Positions 28,618 through 38,327 of a stretch of 64,000 nucleotides of DNA are shown here, piece by piece. The DNA is from a virus (lineage: Duplodnaviria > Heunggongvirae > Uroviricota > Caudoviricetes > Thumleimavirales > Hafunaviridae): the IMG/VR virus record IMGVR_UViG_2595698614_000001, positions 12,135 to 76,134 of that record; one strand, given 5' to 3'. The translations under genes and the position numbers were made by a program. The notes beneath the pieces are model-generated. The model had not been told where the DNA came from. It did not search any database and was given only the letters and a program-made list of their open reading frames with translations. Position 1 is the first letter of the stretch; each line of letters begins with the position of its first letter.

Positions 28618-28826
28618 TTGTTAATTGGTCTTGTGTGGTAGTTCACACCGTGGTAGCCGGTCGTCGGAACGTCCTTCTCAATCATCTCGATGAGAGGCCA
28701 CGGAAGTTCGTGCCGACCGAATAGGTAGCCGCAGACGTTTCCGTTGTGGTCAGTTACCGCTCGAATCTCCGCATCCTCAGGAATGGTGGGTTTCGTCACG
28801 GTTCGACCACGGCCCGAGCAAGCCAC
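28614..28826 (-). CDS. hypothetical protein
   Basis: 70-aa ORF translationally coupled to the lipoprotein gene. Confidence 0.3.
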   Translation of the reverse strand: MACSGRGRTVTKPTIPEDAEIRAVTDHNGNVCGYLFGRHELPWPLIEMIEKDVPTTGYHGVNYHTRPINK

Positions 28827-29224
28827 TCTGTCGCAGTCTCCACCGGGTCAGAGTGTTGCTTATACTCCGACTCAGAAATACTGAACCGGATTTTCGAGAT
28901 AGGGTCGTAGGCGTCGTAGGATTTCAAGTTAGCCAACTCCATCGAGTCAACTTCACACCGTTCGAGAATATCCCGCCGGGCCTCTTTCTCCACCTCGTTC
29001 CGAATCCGGTACAGCTCGTGGAACGTCTCCGGGGAAAATGCGTCGTCGGGAAGCTCCTGAAGGAGTGCGTTCAGGTGACGGGCCAACCGAACATCACGAG
29101 AGGGTTCGACCTCGGGAACGAACTGTTTGAGTTTTCCCACGTCACCAGCAACGCCGTTCTTGATGGGTTCTTCACCGAACTTCGTCTGTTCCAGAAGTTC
29201 GTGGACTTGTTCAAGCCGATTCAT
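28796..29224 (-). CDS. hypothetical protein
   Basis: 142-aa ORF. Confidence 0.35.
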   Translation of the reverse strand: MNRLEQVHELLEQTKFGEEPIKNGVAGDVGKLKQFVPEVEPSRDVRLARHLNALLQELPDDAFSPETFHELYRIRNEVEKEARRDILERCEVDSMELANLKSYDAYDPISKIRFSISESEYKQHSDPVETATEWLARAVVEP

Positions 29225-29768
29225 CGAAGTCCTCGTGTAGCCGGGAGGGAGTCGGCCCGGTCTGGTCGTTGTATTTGTTCCCGTTCTCCGACGAGTAGGC
29301 TACGTCCGGCTTCGACTTCATATCGTGAAGTGCGAGCTGGCAAATCCGCATCCCGTCGCGGAGTCGAATCGGGTACGGTGCGGCGTTGAACAGTTCGAGG
29401 GTGATTTGCCCACGGAAACCGGGGTCGATGAAGCCCGCGTTGTGGATGAACAGGCCGAGTCGCCCGACCGAGCTACGTCCGTGGAGGATACCCACCTTGT
29501 CGTCGGGGACGGTGATGTTCTCCTCTGTGTGGGCCAGCGCGAACTTACCGGGAGAGAGCGAAAGCTCGCTGGTTCTTTCGTAGTGGCCGGGATAGGTGTC
29601 GGCGTCGTCCACTTCGACCACTCCGGTAGCGGAGGGAATCCGAAGCTCCGACCCGAGGTGCAAATCCATCGAGGCGGGTTCGACGGCGAGCGTCTTCCCG
29701 TCGCCGCGAACAGCCCCGAGGTCGCCGTTGCTAATTGACCGCTGAATATCGTGCTGTGACAGAATCAT
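29211..29768 (-). CDS. dcd: dCTP deaminase
   Basis: approx 185 aa from MILSQHDIQ; dCTP deaminase/dUTPase-fold motifs (GFIDPGFRGQITLELFN). Confidence 0.8.
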   Translation of the reverse strand: MILSQHDIQRSISNGDLGAVRGDGKTLAVEPASMDLHLGSELRIPSATGVVEVDDADTYPGHYERTSELSLSPGKFALAHTEENITVPDDKVGILHGRSSVGRLGLFIHNAGFIDPGFRGQITLELFNAAPYPIRLRDGMRICQLALHDMKSKPDVAYSSENGNKYNDQTGPTPSRLHEDFDESA

Positions 29769-30469
29769 GGTGCGCGAAGGCTGTTTCCTTTCAGGTGTTC
29801 CTCGTAGGCGTTGAAGACGAGCGGCGACCACTCCTTACACTCATCCAGAACCTTCGTAGCGAACTCGCGGGCCTCCCATTGGGCCTTCATGTTCTTCCGA
29901 AGGTCGAAGAAGTGCATCAGCGTTCGAGCGTTCGCGGAGAACGTCAGGTCAACTTCCACGCCGATGGGGAGAACGAACCGAGCATCCTCCTTCGCCATCC
30001 CCTGCTCGATGAGCCGTTCGTACAGCTCCACCGAGTTGAGGAAGTGGCCCTCAAGAGCGTCCTTCCCGGTGAAGTCCTGAGCGGGGCCGTCGTACTGTCC
30101 AAGAACCACGTCCTCGGCGGCGGGGTTCTTCTTGTCACCCGGCGGAATCACTATGTCCTTCTCCGAGAAGTCGCAGTACCGCTGGCTCTGAACGTCGAAG
30201 CTCATGTGGCGGTGTCGCGTCACCTGAGCCATAGCCGACCGCGAGAGTCCTTCAACAGCGAAGAACGCTTGGATGTGTTCAAACGGCCCGAAGTGGCCGC
30301 GTCGGAGTAGTTCACCGAGTAGTTCCTCGTGGCTCTTGGGCGTCCCTTCGAGTGCGTCCTCGACGGTCTTGCCGACGAGAGATTCGCTCATGTAGTCGCC
30401 CCGAGCGGCCAGTACCGGAACGTCGTCGGGGTTCTGCGTGCTGTATTCTGTCTTGAGTTCGACTTTCAT
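29765..30469 (-). CDS. thyX: flavin-dependent thymidylate synthase
   Basis: 234 aa with the ThyX signature RHRHMSFDVQSQRY; stop overlaps the dcd start (ATGA). Confidence 0.85.
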   Translation of the reverse strand: MKVELKTEYSTQNPDDVPVLAARGDYMSESLVGKTVEDALEGTPKSHEELLGELLRRGHFGPFEHIQAFFAVEGLSRSAMAQVTRHRHMSFDVQSQRYCDFSEKDIVIPPGDKKNPAAEDVVLGQYDGPAQDFTGKDALEGHFLNSVELYERLIEQGMAKEDARFVLPIGVEVDLTFSANARTLMHFFDLRKNMKAQWEAREFATKVLDECKEWSPLVFNAYEEHLKGNSLRAP

Positions 30470-30635
30470 TCGTGGTAGTAGGAGACTGAGAACTCGATTT
30501 CGGTCATTTCAGGCTGGTAGTGATGAGTTTCCTGAAACCCCTCGATGCGGCAGTCCTCTCGTAGTACGTCGCTGAGAACGTCAGCAAGTAGTGATGCGAT
30601 TTCGTCTTCGGTAACGGTTTGATAGCGTCTCATAG
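30468..30635 (-). CDS. hypothetical 55-aa protein translationally coupled to thyX
   Basis: ORF MRRYQTVTEDEIASLL... whose TGA overlaps the thyX ATG (ATGA). Confidence 0.3.
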
Positions 30636-30670
30636 ATGTGTCTCTCTGGTTAGAATCGCGTAGAAGTCGC

Positions 30671-30727
30671 TCCTCACTCTAATAGACGGGGGCTAATGAC
30701 TTAAAGACTTCTATTCAAGTCTTTAGC
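30671..30727 (+). promoter_or_regulatory. conserved composite intergenic element, copy 3
   Basis: cctcactctaatagacg...gacttaaagacttctattcaagtctttag, between the polB stop and the thyX operon start. Confidence 0.5.
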
Positions 30728-33314
30728 AGAACGCGGCGAGGCCGGTCTGTGACTGTCCCTCAATCGCGGCGTCAACGTCGATTTCCACCGCATCGAGGAT
30801 GTCCACCATCGGATTACGAACAAGCGTGTCTTGCATCCGCTTCACGTCCACGGTGAGCTGGTCGCGGAGGTCGTCCAACTGCGCCCCCCGTTCGTATCCA
30901 ATCACATCGAGCGTGTCTTCTCCGAGCGTCGTGTGCTTGAGGTAGACCCGCTTGACCGTGTTCCCCTTCCCGAAGTTACAGTCCTTGATGAACTTGTTAG
31001 CGTAGAACGCGGCTCGGGGCGAAGCGCCCTTCGGCGTCCCGTCAGACCACGAGTAGTCTTCAAGCTCTTTTCCAAGACCGCCGGGGATTCCGATGAGGTC
31101 GAAGTCCGGGTTAGAGGCGTCGATGCGCTCGGCTCCCTCTCGAATGATGCGGCGAATCTCGTCTTGAGAGCCACCGCGAACAATCGTCTCCAGCGTCTCC
31201 CGCTGAACCTCCTTGGTGAGCTGAGCCGTGTTCGCCTTCTTACAGGGGTAGCCGGAGATGGAGAGCTTCCCCTTACCATCCTTCAACTGAGCGTCGTAGT
31301 CCATCCCCTCGTCCCACACCTTCACGTAGGCGTAGAACTTCTTTTGCCCGGACATGAAGAAGTGAGAGGCGTACATCTCTATTTCAATATCGAACCGGCA
31401 CGGGTCGGTCGGCATCCCGTACTCGGCGGCGAGGTCAACGTACACCTCGTTGTTCAACGTGTCCGTGATTGCGTCGGCGGCTTCGAGGCACTCTCGCTGA
31501 TTCATCGAACTGTCAAATTCGATATAATTTGAGTCGGTATCCCCATATGCCACATTTGCGATACTTTCCTCGTTGACGTACTTTGCCGTTCGCTTGATTA
31601 CCGCCTGCCCTGTAAGGGTGACAGCGGCGGCAATATCGGCGTCGTAGAGGAAGAACCGAACCCACCCAAGAACGCCGTAGATGCTGTTAACTATCGTCTT
31701 CCTGACACTATACTCCTCGGCCCACTTCGCCTTCTCATCGGCGCTCAGCGAGTCGTCCTTCTTCATCTCGCCAGCGTGTTCCTTGAGGCGGAGTGCTTCG
31801 TCCACCAGTTCGCGGAACACGCCGTCGTAATCGAGTCGGAAGTAAACGTCATTGGCCGCCTTCGCCACGGGAACGAGGTCGCCTCCTTCTTCGAGGACAG
31901 CGTAGAGGCCGTCGTCGTGTTCCTCCACGTAGAGCGGGTCAACCTTCGTCTCCGGGCTGGCGTTCAGCATCCAGAGCGTGTTCGGGTACAGCGAAGCGAG
32001 GTCGATTCCGACGATGTTCTGCTTGAGGCCGTTGAAGGCGTCGAACACGAACGCTCCGTCGTAACTACCAGTATCCTCGGGTTCGGTGGCCGTTGGCCCG
32101 GCGTAGCCCTCCGTGTGTAGTTTCCGGCGAATCATCATCTCGATGAACTCGTTGTTCGCCGTGGTCTGCTCGAAGTCCAGACCGATTGTGTCCCGAAGCG
32201 CCTTCTTGAACGCGAGGACGTTCGCGGCTTCGTTGATTCCGACCGTGAGGAAAACGTCCTTCGTGTTGTAGTTGAGGAACTTCCGGGTGTTCTCCGAGTA
32301 TAGCTCGTAGAATCCCTTGTCTGTGTGTTCAATCTTCGCGTCTTCCAGTTCCATCTGAGCGGCGTTATCGAGCGCCCCGCTGACCTTCGTGAACTTGGTG
32401 TCCTTCCAAGCGTCCATCAGGTCGTAGCAGGTGCGTCCCTGAATCGTCGGGCCGCCGTACCCGGTGTAAGCGTTCCCGGTGCGGGAGAGGCGGTCAGCGT
32501 TGACACCGCGTTCTTTCATCCGCTCGATAACGAACGGGGTATCGAACCCGTTGCTGTTCCACCCAACCACGAGGTCGGCGTCGATTTCCTGAACGTACTT
32601 GGCGAACTCGGTGAGCATCTTCCGCTCGTCCGGCTCGAACTTGAGCTGGCTGAGGTGTTCGAGGCCGAGGTCTTCCGGGTGGCTCACTTCATCGAGGTTG
32701 GTGTCGGGGAAGCGGTCGCCAAGTCCGTGACCGTCGAGGTCGATGAACCCAACGTACTCGTCGGTGTAGTTGTCGTGAGCGACGATGGAGAGGATACGCG
32801 CCTGTCCGTAATCGGGGAACCCTTCGCCCCGGTCGTCCGTCTCTATGTCGAACGTCAGAACACGCGGCGGTGCGTCCATTTCCACCGGCTCAATCTCATC
32901 GGGAGTGACCCGACTCGATGGGACTCGAACGCCTGTCTTGATACCGAGGTCGATACGGAGCCGGTCGGTGTAGTCCACGTCGGCTTCCCACGACTTCGAG
33001 AAGAACGACGCGACCTCTCCCATCTTCTTCGGGTTGTTGACGATAACCTTCACCAGCTCGTCGCCGTCAACGAGGCCGGTCTTGTCGGTGTCGGCGTACC
33101 CTTCGAGGTAGTCGTTGTCGAACGGGTCAACCTTCCCACGTTCCTCGGCGGGGACGTAGAAGTAGGCGGGGAAGTTCTCTACCGTAACGGAGTCCGGCTT
33201 CCCTGCTTCGGTTCGCCCGAACAGCTTGACTTTCGGGGTGTAATCCTCGTAGACCAGTTCGGTGTTAGTGATGTAGATTTCCTTCATTTCAAACGAGACA
33301 GGCGCTCCATCCAC
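30723..33314 (-). CDS. polB: family B DNA polymerase
   Basis: 863 aa; exonuclease motif FDIETD, polymerase motif A DLASLYPN, motif C YGDTDS. Confidence 0.9.
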   Translation of the reverse strand: MDGAPVSFEMKEIYITNTELVYEDYTPKVKLFGRTEAGKPDSVTVENFPAYFYVPAEERGKVDPFDNDYLEGYADTDKTGLVDGDELVKVIVNNPKKMGEVASFFSKSWEADVDYTDRLRIDLGIKTGVRVPSSRVTPDEIEPVEMDAPPRVLTFDIETDDRGEGFPDYGQARILSIVAHDNYTDEYVGFIDLDGHGLGDRFPDTNLDEVSHPEDLGLEHLSQLKFEPDERKMLTEFAKYVQEIDADLVVGWNSNGFDTPFVIERMKERGVNADRLSRTGNAYTGYGGPTIQGRTCYDLMDAWKDTKFTKVSGALDNAAQMELEDAKIEHTDKGFYELYSENTRKFLNYNTKDVFLTVGINEAANVLAFKKALRDTIGLDFEQTTANNEFIEMMIRRKLHTEGYAGPTATEPEDTGSYDGAFVFDAFNGLKQNIVGIDLASLYPNTLWMLNASPETKVDPLYVEEHDDGLYAVLEEGGDLVPVAKAANDVYFRLDYDGVFRELVDEALRLKEHAGEMKKDDSLSADEKAKWAEEYSVRKTIVNSIYGVLGWVRFFLYDADIAAAVTLTGQAVIKRTAKYVNEESIANVAYGDTDSNYIEFDSSMNQRECLEAADAITDTLNNEVYVDLAAEYGMPTDPCRFDIEIEMYASHFFMSGQKKFYAYVKVWDEGMDYDAQLKDGKGKLSISGYPCKKANTAQLTKEVQRETLETIVRGGSQDEIRRIIREGAERIDASNPDFDLIGIPGGLGKELEDYSWSDGTPKGASPRAAFYANKFIKDCNFGKGNTVKRVYLKHTTLGEDTLDVIGYERGAQLDDLRDQLTVDVKRMQDTLVRNPMVDILDAVEIDVDAAIEGQSQTGLAAFC

Positions 33315-33404
33315 AGTTCAGGCAGGTGCGGCATCCGCCCTGCGGGGCGATTCGGGGGCTTTCACATCCACACGGTGCGGCTTGCTGGTGACTCTGATTC
33401 TGGT

Positions 33405-33878
33405 TCATCGTGACTTGGTAATTGAAACCTCAGACCGCGACCACGACGTGTTCGCCGTGTTCTCTGGTGCGACTCGCTGTACGTCCTCGAATCCAGAGCG
33501 ATTACGCTGAATCCGGCTCTCCCCCTCGATGATGGTGTTCGCTTCGGGGTCGTAGGCGACCATATCTCCGTTCAGGAAAGCCGCCGTGTCGTACTCGATT
33601 ACTCGGGAGTCGTCCCGCTCGATGATGAACACGGTCTTGACTCCCATCCCCTTGACTCGGGAGAGAATATCCTCGGAGATTGCGTAGCCCGCGTACTTTC
33701 GGAAGTAGTGCTGGTCGGCGTCTCCCTTCCCGTGTCGGTTCCGGGGGAAGGTAGCAACGCGACCCCGGTGGCTATCCTCCCCGAAGTGACCGATTAGAAC
33801 ATCGGATTTCAGTATCGGTGCGACGAGCTGAACGTTCGGTGCTGGTGTTTCGGCGTAGTCGTGTAGTGTGCTACTCAT
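33405..33878 (-). CDS. hypothetical protein
   Basis: 157-aa ORF. Confidence 0.35.
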   Translation of the reverse strand: MSSTLHDYAETPAPNVQLVAPILKSDVLIGHFGEDSHRGRVATFPRNRHGKGDADQHYFRKYAGYAISEDILSRVKGMGVKTVFIIERDDSRVIEYDTAAFLNGDMVAYDPEANTIIEGESRIQRNRSGFEDVQRVAPENTANTSWSRSEVSITKSR

Positions 33879-33989
33879 TATCTCGATGTTTCTCCTTCAT
33901 TGTCGCTGTCTTTGCCACCTCGAAACAGAGAGGACAGAGCGACTTGCCGGGAATCGGCTCTCGCTTCTCGCATTTTCTACAATTGGTCA
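33871..33989 (-). CDS. small zinc-ribbon protein (39 aa)
   Basis: MTNCRKCEKRE...CPLCFEV with CxxC-x14-CxxC; stop overlaps the downstream ATG. Confidence 0.25.
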
Positions 33990-34059
33990 TATCTCTGGAT
34001 TCGTGCCGCACCGCCAGCGGATGCTGACGGTGTTTCGACCGAAACAGAGAATTAGAGAA

Positions 34060-34974
34060 TTAGAGATACGCCGGGGACTCTCCCCGATACTCGTCTTTCC
34101 ACTCAGCGTAGCTGAGCGTGTCGTCGCGGTAGAAATACTCCCGACCGGGGAACGGGTGTTCCTCGTTCGGCCCGATACACATTTCCTCCCGAGAGGGAGG
34201 ACGGGCCTTTCGCTCGGGTTCAAGAAGTGACGGTGCTTGTGGGTGTTCGACCTCCCGCCGTCGCCGGTTCAGGAACGCAGAGTCAACGCGGTCTTCTTTG
34301 TTCCAAGATTTCAGGACGTTCTCCATCGACCGCTCGATGCGGTCATAGTAGTTGTAGCCGTCCTCTCCCCACTTGTCTCCCTGCCACACGTCTCCGAATT
34401 GGGCCGCTTTCAGGGGAGAGGCGGTATCCACGGAGTGAACCTTAACGTAGTGGGACAGCTCGAACTGTCGGTGCGGGCTACCACCGAGGATGTGAACGCT
34501 TCGGCAGTTACGGTACTCCCATACCGGCCACGGTACACCACCAAAGCGGTCTTGAGCGGGGAGTCCGACGCGGAACCGAGAGGGTACACGGTCGGGTTTG
34601 ACGCCCTTCGGAACCACGATAACAACTTCTGCGTGGCGACGGAGACGGTCAGCCTTAGCGAGAATAGAAGTGAGGTCAGACTCGTCCCCAATATCAGGCG
34701 CAACAGCATATTTCGGTTCCTCTCGTTTCACCACATCGAGGTGGGTTTCCCATTTCTTCTCGAACGAAAGGTCGTCCTGTAAGAACGGCCAATCGACGAA
34801 CTCCACCGGAATCTCCCTCGGTGGTCGGGCTTTCGTACTTTCCATCCCCACGAGCGAGCCACCACGGTAGGCCGCTCGGGGCATATCCTCGCCGCCGCAG
34901 GACGTGACTATAACATCAACATCGTTTCGTGAGCTGGTGCTGTCGCTGGTCGGTGCGTACTCGGTGAGACTCAT
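34060..34974 (-). CDS. hypothetical protein
   Basis: 304-aa ORF, no recognisable motif. Confidence 0.4.
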   Translation of the reverse strand: MSLTEYAPTSDSTSSRNDVDVIVTSCGGEDMPRAAYRGGSLVGMESTKARPPREIPVEFVDWPFLQDDLSFEKKWETHLDVVKREEPKYAVAPDIGDESDLTSILAKADRLRRHAEVVIVVPKGVKPDRVPSRFRVGLPAQDRFGGVPWPVWEYRNCRSVHILGGSPHRQFELSHYVKVHSVDTASPLKAAQFGDVWQGDKWGEDGYNYYDRIERSMENVLKSWNKEDRVDSAFLNRRRREVEHPQAPSLLEPERKARPPSREEMCIGPNEEHPFPGREYFYRDDTLSYAEWKDEYRGESPAYL

Positions 34975-35269
34975 TAGGTAAGGTCGGCTACTTCAGACTG
35001 TGAGCGTGCTGTGCGTACAGGGTGTTGCGAATCGTCTCCGCGTTCTCCGCCTCCCCGTGCTGTCTCACCACGCGCTTCATCTGAGCGTACTCGGTCAGGA
35101 TAGTAGCGAGGTCATCGAACGATTCGTTGTGTAGGACGAAGCTGAGGTTTCCTTCGGTCATTTTCGGTTTTTGATTTCGTATCGCAGGTAGTCGTATATC
35201 GCTCCAAGTCCGTAGCTCAGGACGAGAACGCCGAGCGGGATTAGGCAGAGTCGCAGGAACACTTCCCCG

Positions 35270-35470
35270 TCACTCATCGAGGCCGAGCTGAGCGGGGATT
35301 TTCGTGTTGCCGAACGGAGCGCATCCGGTACAGTAGACGACCGAGGCGGTCGCCCCACGGTAGCGGGCGCTTCTTTTCTGGACTACGTAGTAATCCTCGT
35401 TCGACTCGGGGTTCAGGTAGTTGAACTCCTTGTTACATTTCTCGCAGTTGTGAGGTAGATTGAAGTCCAT
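35270..35470 (-). CDS. small zinc-finger protein
   Basis: 66 aa with CEKCNKEF...CTGC. Confidence 0.3.
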   Translation of the reverse strand: MDFNLPHNCEKCNKEFNYLNPESNEDYYVVQKRSARYRGATASVVYCTGCAPFGNTKIPAQLGLDE

Positions 35471-36486
35471 TAGTAGGGATACCAGTTCTTGTCGCGCTTG
35501 TGTTGCGTTATCTCGTCTTTCGGCTTCGTAGAGCCATCAGGCTCCGCGAATCCGTGGTAGCCCTCTCCGCCCTTCTTCCCCCACGACGACGGGCATTGGT
35601 CGTAGAAGAAGCACTTGCCGTGACCGTAGTGACAGAGCGGGCCGGTGTCTATGTCGTAGTTCTCCACCTCGGGCTTCATCTGCATCCCGAGGACGGCCTT
35701 GCGGATGATGTGTCGGCGGTCTTCGTCCGGGTAGGGGCTGACGACCAGCTCATCCTCTTGCGGGTAGTACCCGGCGACCCCGGCGATTTCGTAATCGAGG
35801 TCGTTCTCGAACAGCCAGCCGTAGAACTCACCCTCAAGGTAGATTCCCTTGTGGCGGTACTTTGGGTCTTGAACCTTCCCGGTCTTGTAGTCGAGAATCA
35901 CCACGCCTTCATCCGCCTCGATGCCGGGAACCGTTGCGGCGTGAAGCAGGGCGTCGGCGTATCCCATCCACGGGATGTTTCCGATGGGAATGTCGTCGCC
36001 TTCGAGCCGACCTTCGACTTCAACCCCGATGGGGAGCCACGCATCGAGGGCGTACTCCATCACGGTCTTCCCGTCACGGGGGTCGTCCAGAGCGCGGAAC
36101 TTCGCGGCGGCGTAGTCGCAGGCCAGCTCCCACCGCTTGTCCTCGAACTTCCAGAAGTTCTCGATGTGTGGGTGAAGCCATTGCGCGTAGTCCTCCCACG
36201 GCCCCATCACGTCGGCGTACCACTCAGGACGCTCGCCGTGTTCCTGAACGTACTCGATGAGGTTGAGGTGGAAGTCCTCGTAGGCCCGGTGAATCTCACT
36301 ACCCTTCTCGGTGTGGTAGGAGCTGGGCGTCCGGTTTCCACACCAGTAGGAGTAGTAGAACTTCCGGGGACATTGGAGGTACGTCTTGACTCGTGATTTC
36401 GAGACGTGTTCGAGGCCGTTCTCAACGTGTTCGTCGGGAACGGTAAGGTCGATTTCTTCTCCGTCGTCGGTGAGCGCCTTACTCAT
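35470..36486 (-). CDS. Cas4-like PD-(D/E)xK exonuclease (RecB family) with Fe-S cysteine cluster
   Basis: 338 aa; N-terminal QCPRKFYYSY, RecB-nuclease motif ILDYKTGK, C-terminal CHYGHGKCFFYDQC (1+3 Cys pattern of Cas4). Confidence 0.65.
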   Translation of the reverse strand: MSKALTDDGEEIDLTVPDEHVENGLEHVSKSRVKTYLQCPRKFYYSYWCGNRTPSSYHTEKGSEIHRAYEDFHLNLIEYVQEHGERPEWYADVMGPWEDYAQWLHPHIENFWKFEDKRWELACDYAAAKFRALDDPRDGKTVMEYALDAWLPIGVEVEGRLEGDDIPIGNIPWMGYADALLHAATVPGIEADEGVVILDYKTGKVQDPKYRHKGIYLEGEFYGWLFENDLDYEIAGVAGYYPQEDELVVSPYPDEDRRHIIRKAVLGMQMKPEVENYDIDTGPLCHYGHGKCFFYDQCPSSWGKKGGEGYHGFAEPDGSTKPKDEITQHKRDKNWYPY

Positions 36487-36791
36487 CTTCCAGCGCCTCT
36501 ACGTGGTCGGTAATGTCCATCGCGTGAAGCTCTCCGTCCGTCTTCTGGAACTCGATTACCGCCCTGTCCTGAGACGCCGCTCGCTGGAGAATATCCATCA
36601 AAACGTCCTTCGTTTCCTGAGGGAGTCCGACGCTCACGAGAACAACGCCTCCGATTGTGTCTTCATCGCCCGGTACTTCGGGTCGAACACCCCCTCGAAT
36701 CGTTCATTCGTTTCCTTGGCTTTCTGTATCGACCGCTCGATTTCGATTGCGAGCGCGTCTATCTCGTCGTGTAGGTCTTGGTCTTCTTTCA

Positions 36792-37073
36792 TCATCGCAA
36801 GTTGCTTGCGAGGTTGACGTAGCCGAGTCGGTCACGGTAGTCGTCCTCATTATAATCGCCTCCCTGCGCTCGGGCCAGTTTGAACAACGCCATCATCTCA
36901 GCCACGTCAGCGGGCCGGATGTTCGGGTCGGGACAGCCCGTGTTCAGGAAGTAAGCGTTCCAGTAGTGAGCGATTCGTTGAAACGAGTCCTCCGGCGCAC
37001 CGTGGGTTTCAGCACGCCCCTCGATGATTTCTTGTGCTTCTTCGAGCAGTCTCCCGTTATTCACTTCGTCCAT
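36792..37073 (-). CDS. hypothetical protein
   Basis: 93-aa ORF. Confidence 0.3.
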   Translation of the reverse strand: MDEVNNGRLLEEAQEIIEGRAETHGAPEDSFQRIAHYWNAYFLNTGCPDPNIRPADVAEMMALFKLARAQGGDYNEDDYRDRLGYVNLASNLR

Positions 37074-37443
37074 GTCGTACTCGGTCGAATTTGATTTCGT
37101 CCACGTCCATCCGGTCGTGGTCGGTCACTTCTTCGCAAACCGGACACACCATCTCGGTCTGCTCACCCCTGTCTCGCTGGCTGATTACGTCCGTCTCGAA
37201 GTCACCGCACTCCGAACAGCGGTAACGAAAGGCGTCCTCGATACCGCGAACTTGCGACCGGACGATTCGACCGCCCTGAATCTGCTTGAGTCCGTTCTCG
37301 TAGTAGAACTTCACCGTCCCATCAGGGAGGTTCATCACATCGACTACGTTCTCGTACTCTCGGAAGTTCGTGAGGTTGCCGTCGTCGTCAACCTGAGCGA
37401 GATGGATGTTGTGGCTAATTCCGTCTGTTCCGAAACTCATCAT
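37057..37443 (-). CDS. zinc-ribbon protein
   Basis: 128 aa with CSECGDF...CPVCEE. Confidence 0.35.
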   Translation of the reverse strand: MMSFGTDGISHNIHLAQVDDDGNLTNFREYENVVDVMNLPDGTVKFYYENGLKQIQGGRIVRSQVRGIEDAFRYRCSECGDFETDVISQRDRGEQTEMVCPVCEEVTDHDRMDVDEIKFDRVRHGRSE

Positions 37444-37461
37444 TGGTGGTGGAGGGCGCGT

Positions 37462-37839
37462 TTACTCGTCATCCGGTGCGAAGTACCCGGAGTGCTTGCC
37501 GTCGCGTTCTCCGAGCAGTTCGAGGTCGCCGCGCTGAAGTCTCAGGTAGACGCCGAAAGCAGAGTCCTTGAGTCCTTCCAGAATCTCGATGAGCTGTTCG
37601 TCCTCGTCGCCCTTCGCCATGAGAATCCGCTCATCGAGGGCGTTACTCAGCTTGAGTGCCCCCGACTTGTAGGCGTCAAGCTCTTGGTGAGCCTTCTTAA
37701 TGTCGCCCACGAGGTCGGAGAGGCGTTCGTCTTCCCCTCCGATTTCCACGGTCGTCTCGTTCATCAGGCGTTTCAGCTCCTCGGTCTTCTCAGTAGGGTC
37801 TGTCATTTCCATATTAGATTCCTCCAGATTCAGCGGCAA
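37462..37839 (-). CDS. hypothetical coiled-coil protein
   Basis: 125 aa, acidic, heptad-like. Confidence 0.35.
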   Translation of the reverse strand: MPLNLEESNMEMTDPTEKTEELKRLMNETTVEIGGEDERLSDLVGDIKKAHQELDAYKSGALKLSNALDERILMAKGDEDEQLIEILEGLKDSAFGVYLRLQRGDLELLGERDGKHSGYFAPDDE

Positions 37840-38239
37840 CGCGACCCGCCGCTTTCGGGTCGTTCACGATTTCGTAAGTCGGTCGCCCTTCGTCGCAGAT
37901 AAGACCGCACTCCGGGCACACAGGCTCTCCAGTTTCTATCTTTCGAGCGGCTTCTTCGCAGTCCGGGCAGACGATGGTTTCCTCTTTGACCTTCTTCTTG
38001 AGGACTTTGCCTCTCGGGGAGTCGTGAGCGATGGGAATGAACTCGTCGTAGTAGCCCTCCATCAGCTCCCCGTCAATCATTCGTCCGGGGTGGTAACAGC
38101 GGAGGTGGGTCGGCATCCAGTCGTACTCGGTTTCGAGGGCGAATTTATGAAGCGCCCAGTAGTCGTGGATTCCCTCTCCGCTCTCGATGGTCGTCGTGTC
38201 TGCTCTCGGTGTGCCGAAGAACTCGTCTTTGTTGTCCAT
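37814..38239 (-). CDS. zinc-ribbon protein
   Basis: 141 aa with CPDCEE...CPECG. Confidence 0.35.
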   Translation of the reverse strand: MDNKDEFFGTPRADTTTIESGEGIHDYWALHKFALETEYDWMPTHLRCYHPGRMIDGELMEGYYDEFIPIAHDSPRGKVLKKKVKEETIVCPDCEEAARKIETGEPVCPECGLICDEGRPTYEIVNDPKAAGRVAAESGGI

Positions 38240-38327
38240 TTGGTGTCCTGCTGTTTGCGTACTGCTAAAGAGTCGAAGCTCGGTACATAACTCTTGAGAT
38301 AAGAGTCGGAACTAACTTGATGAGTCT

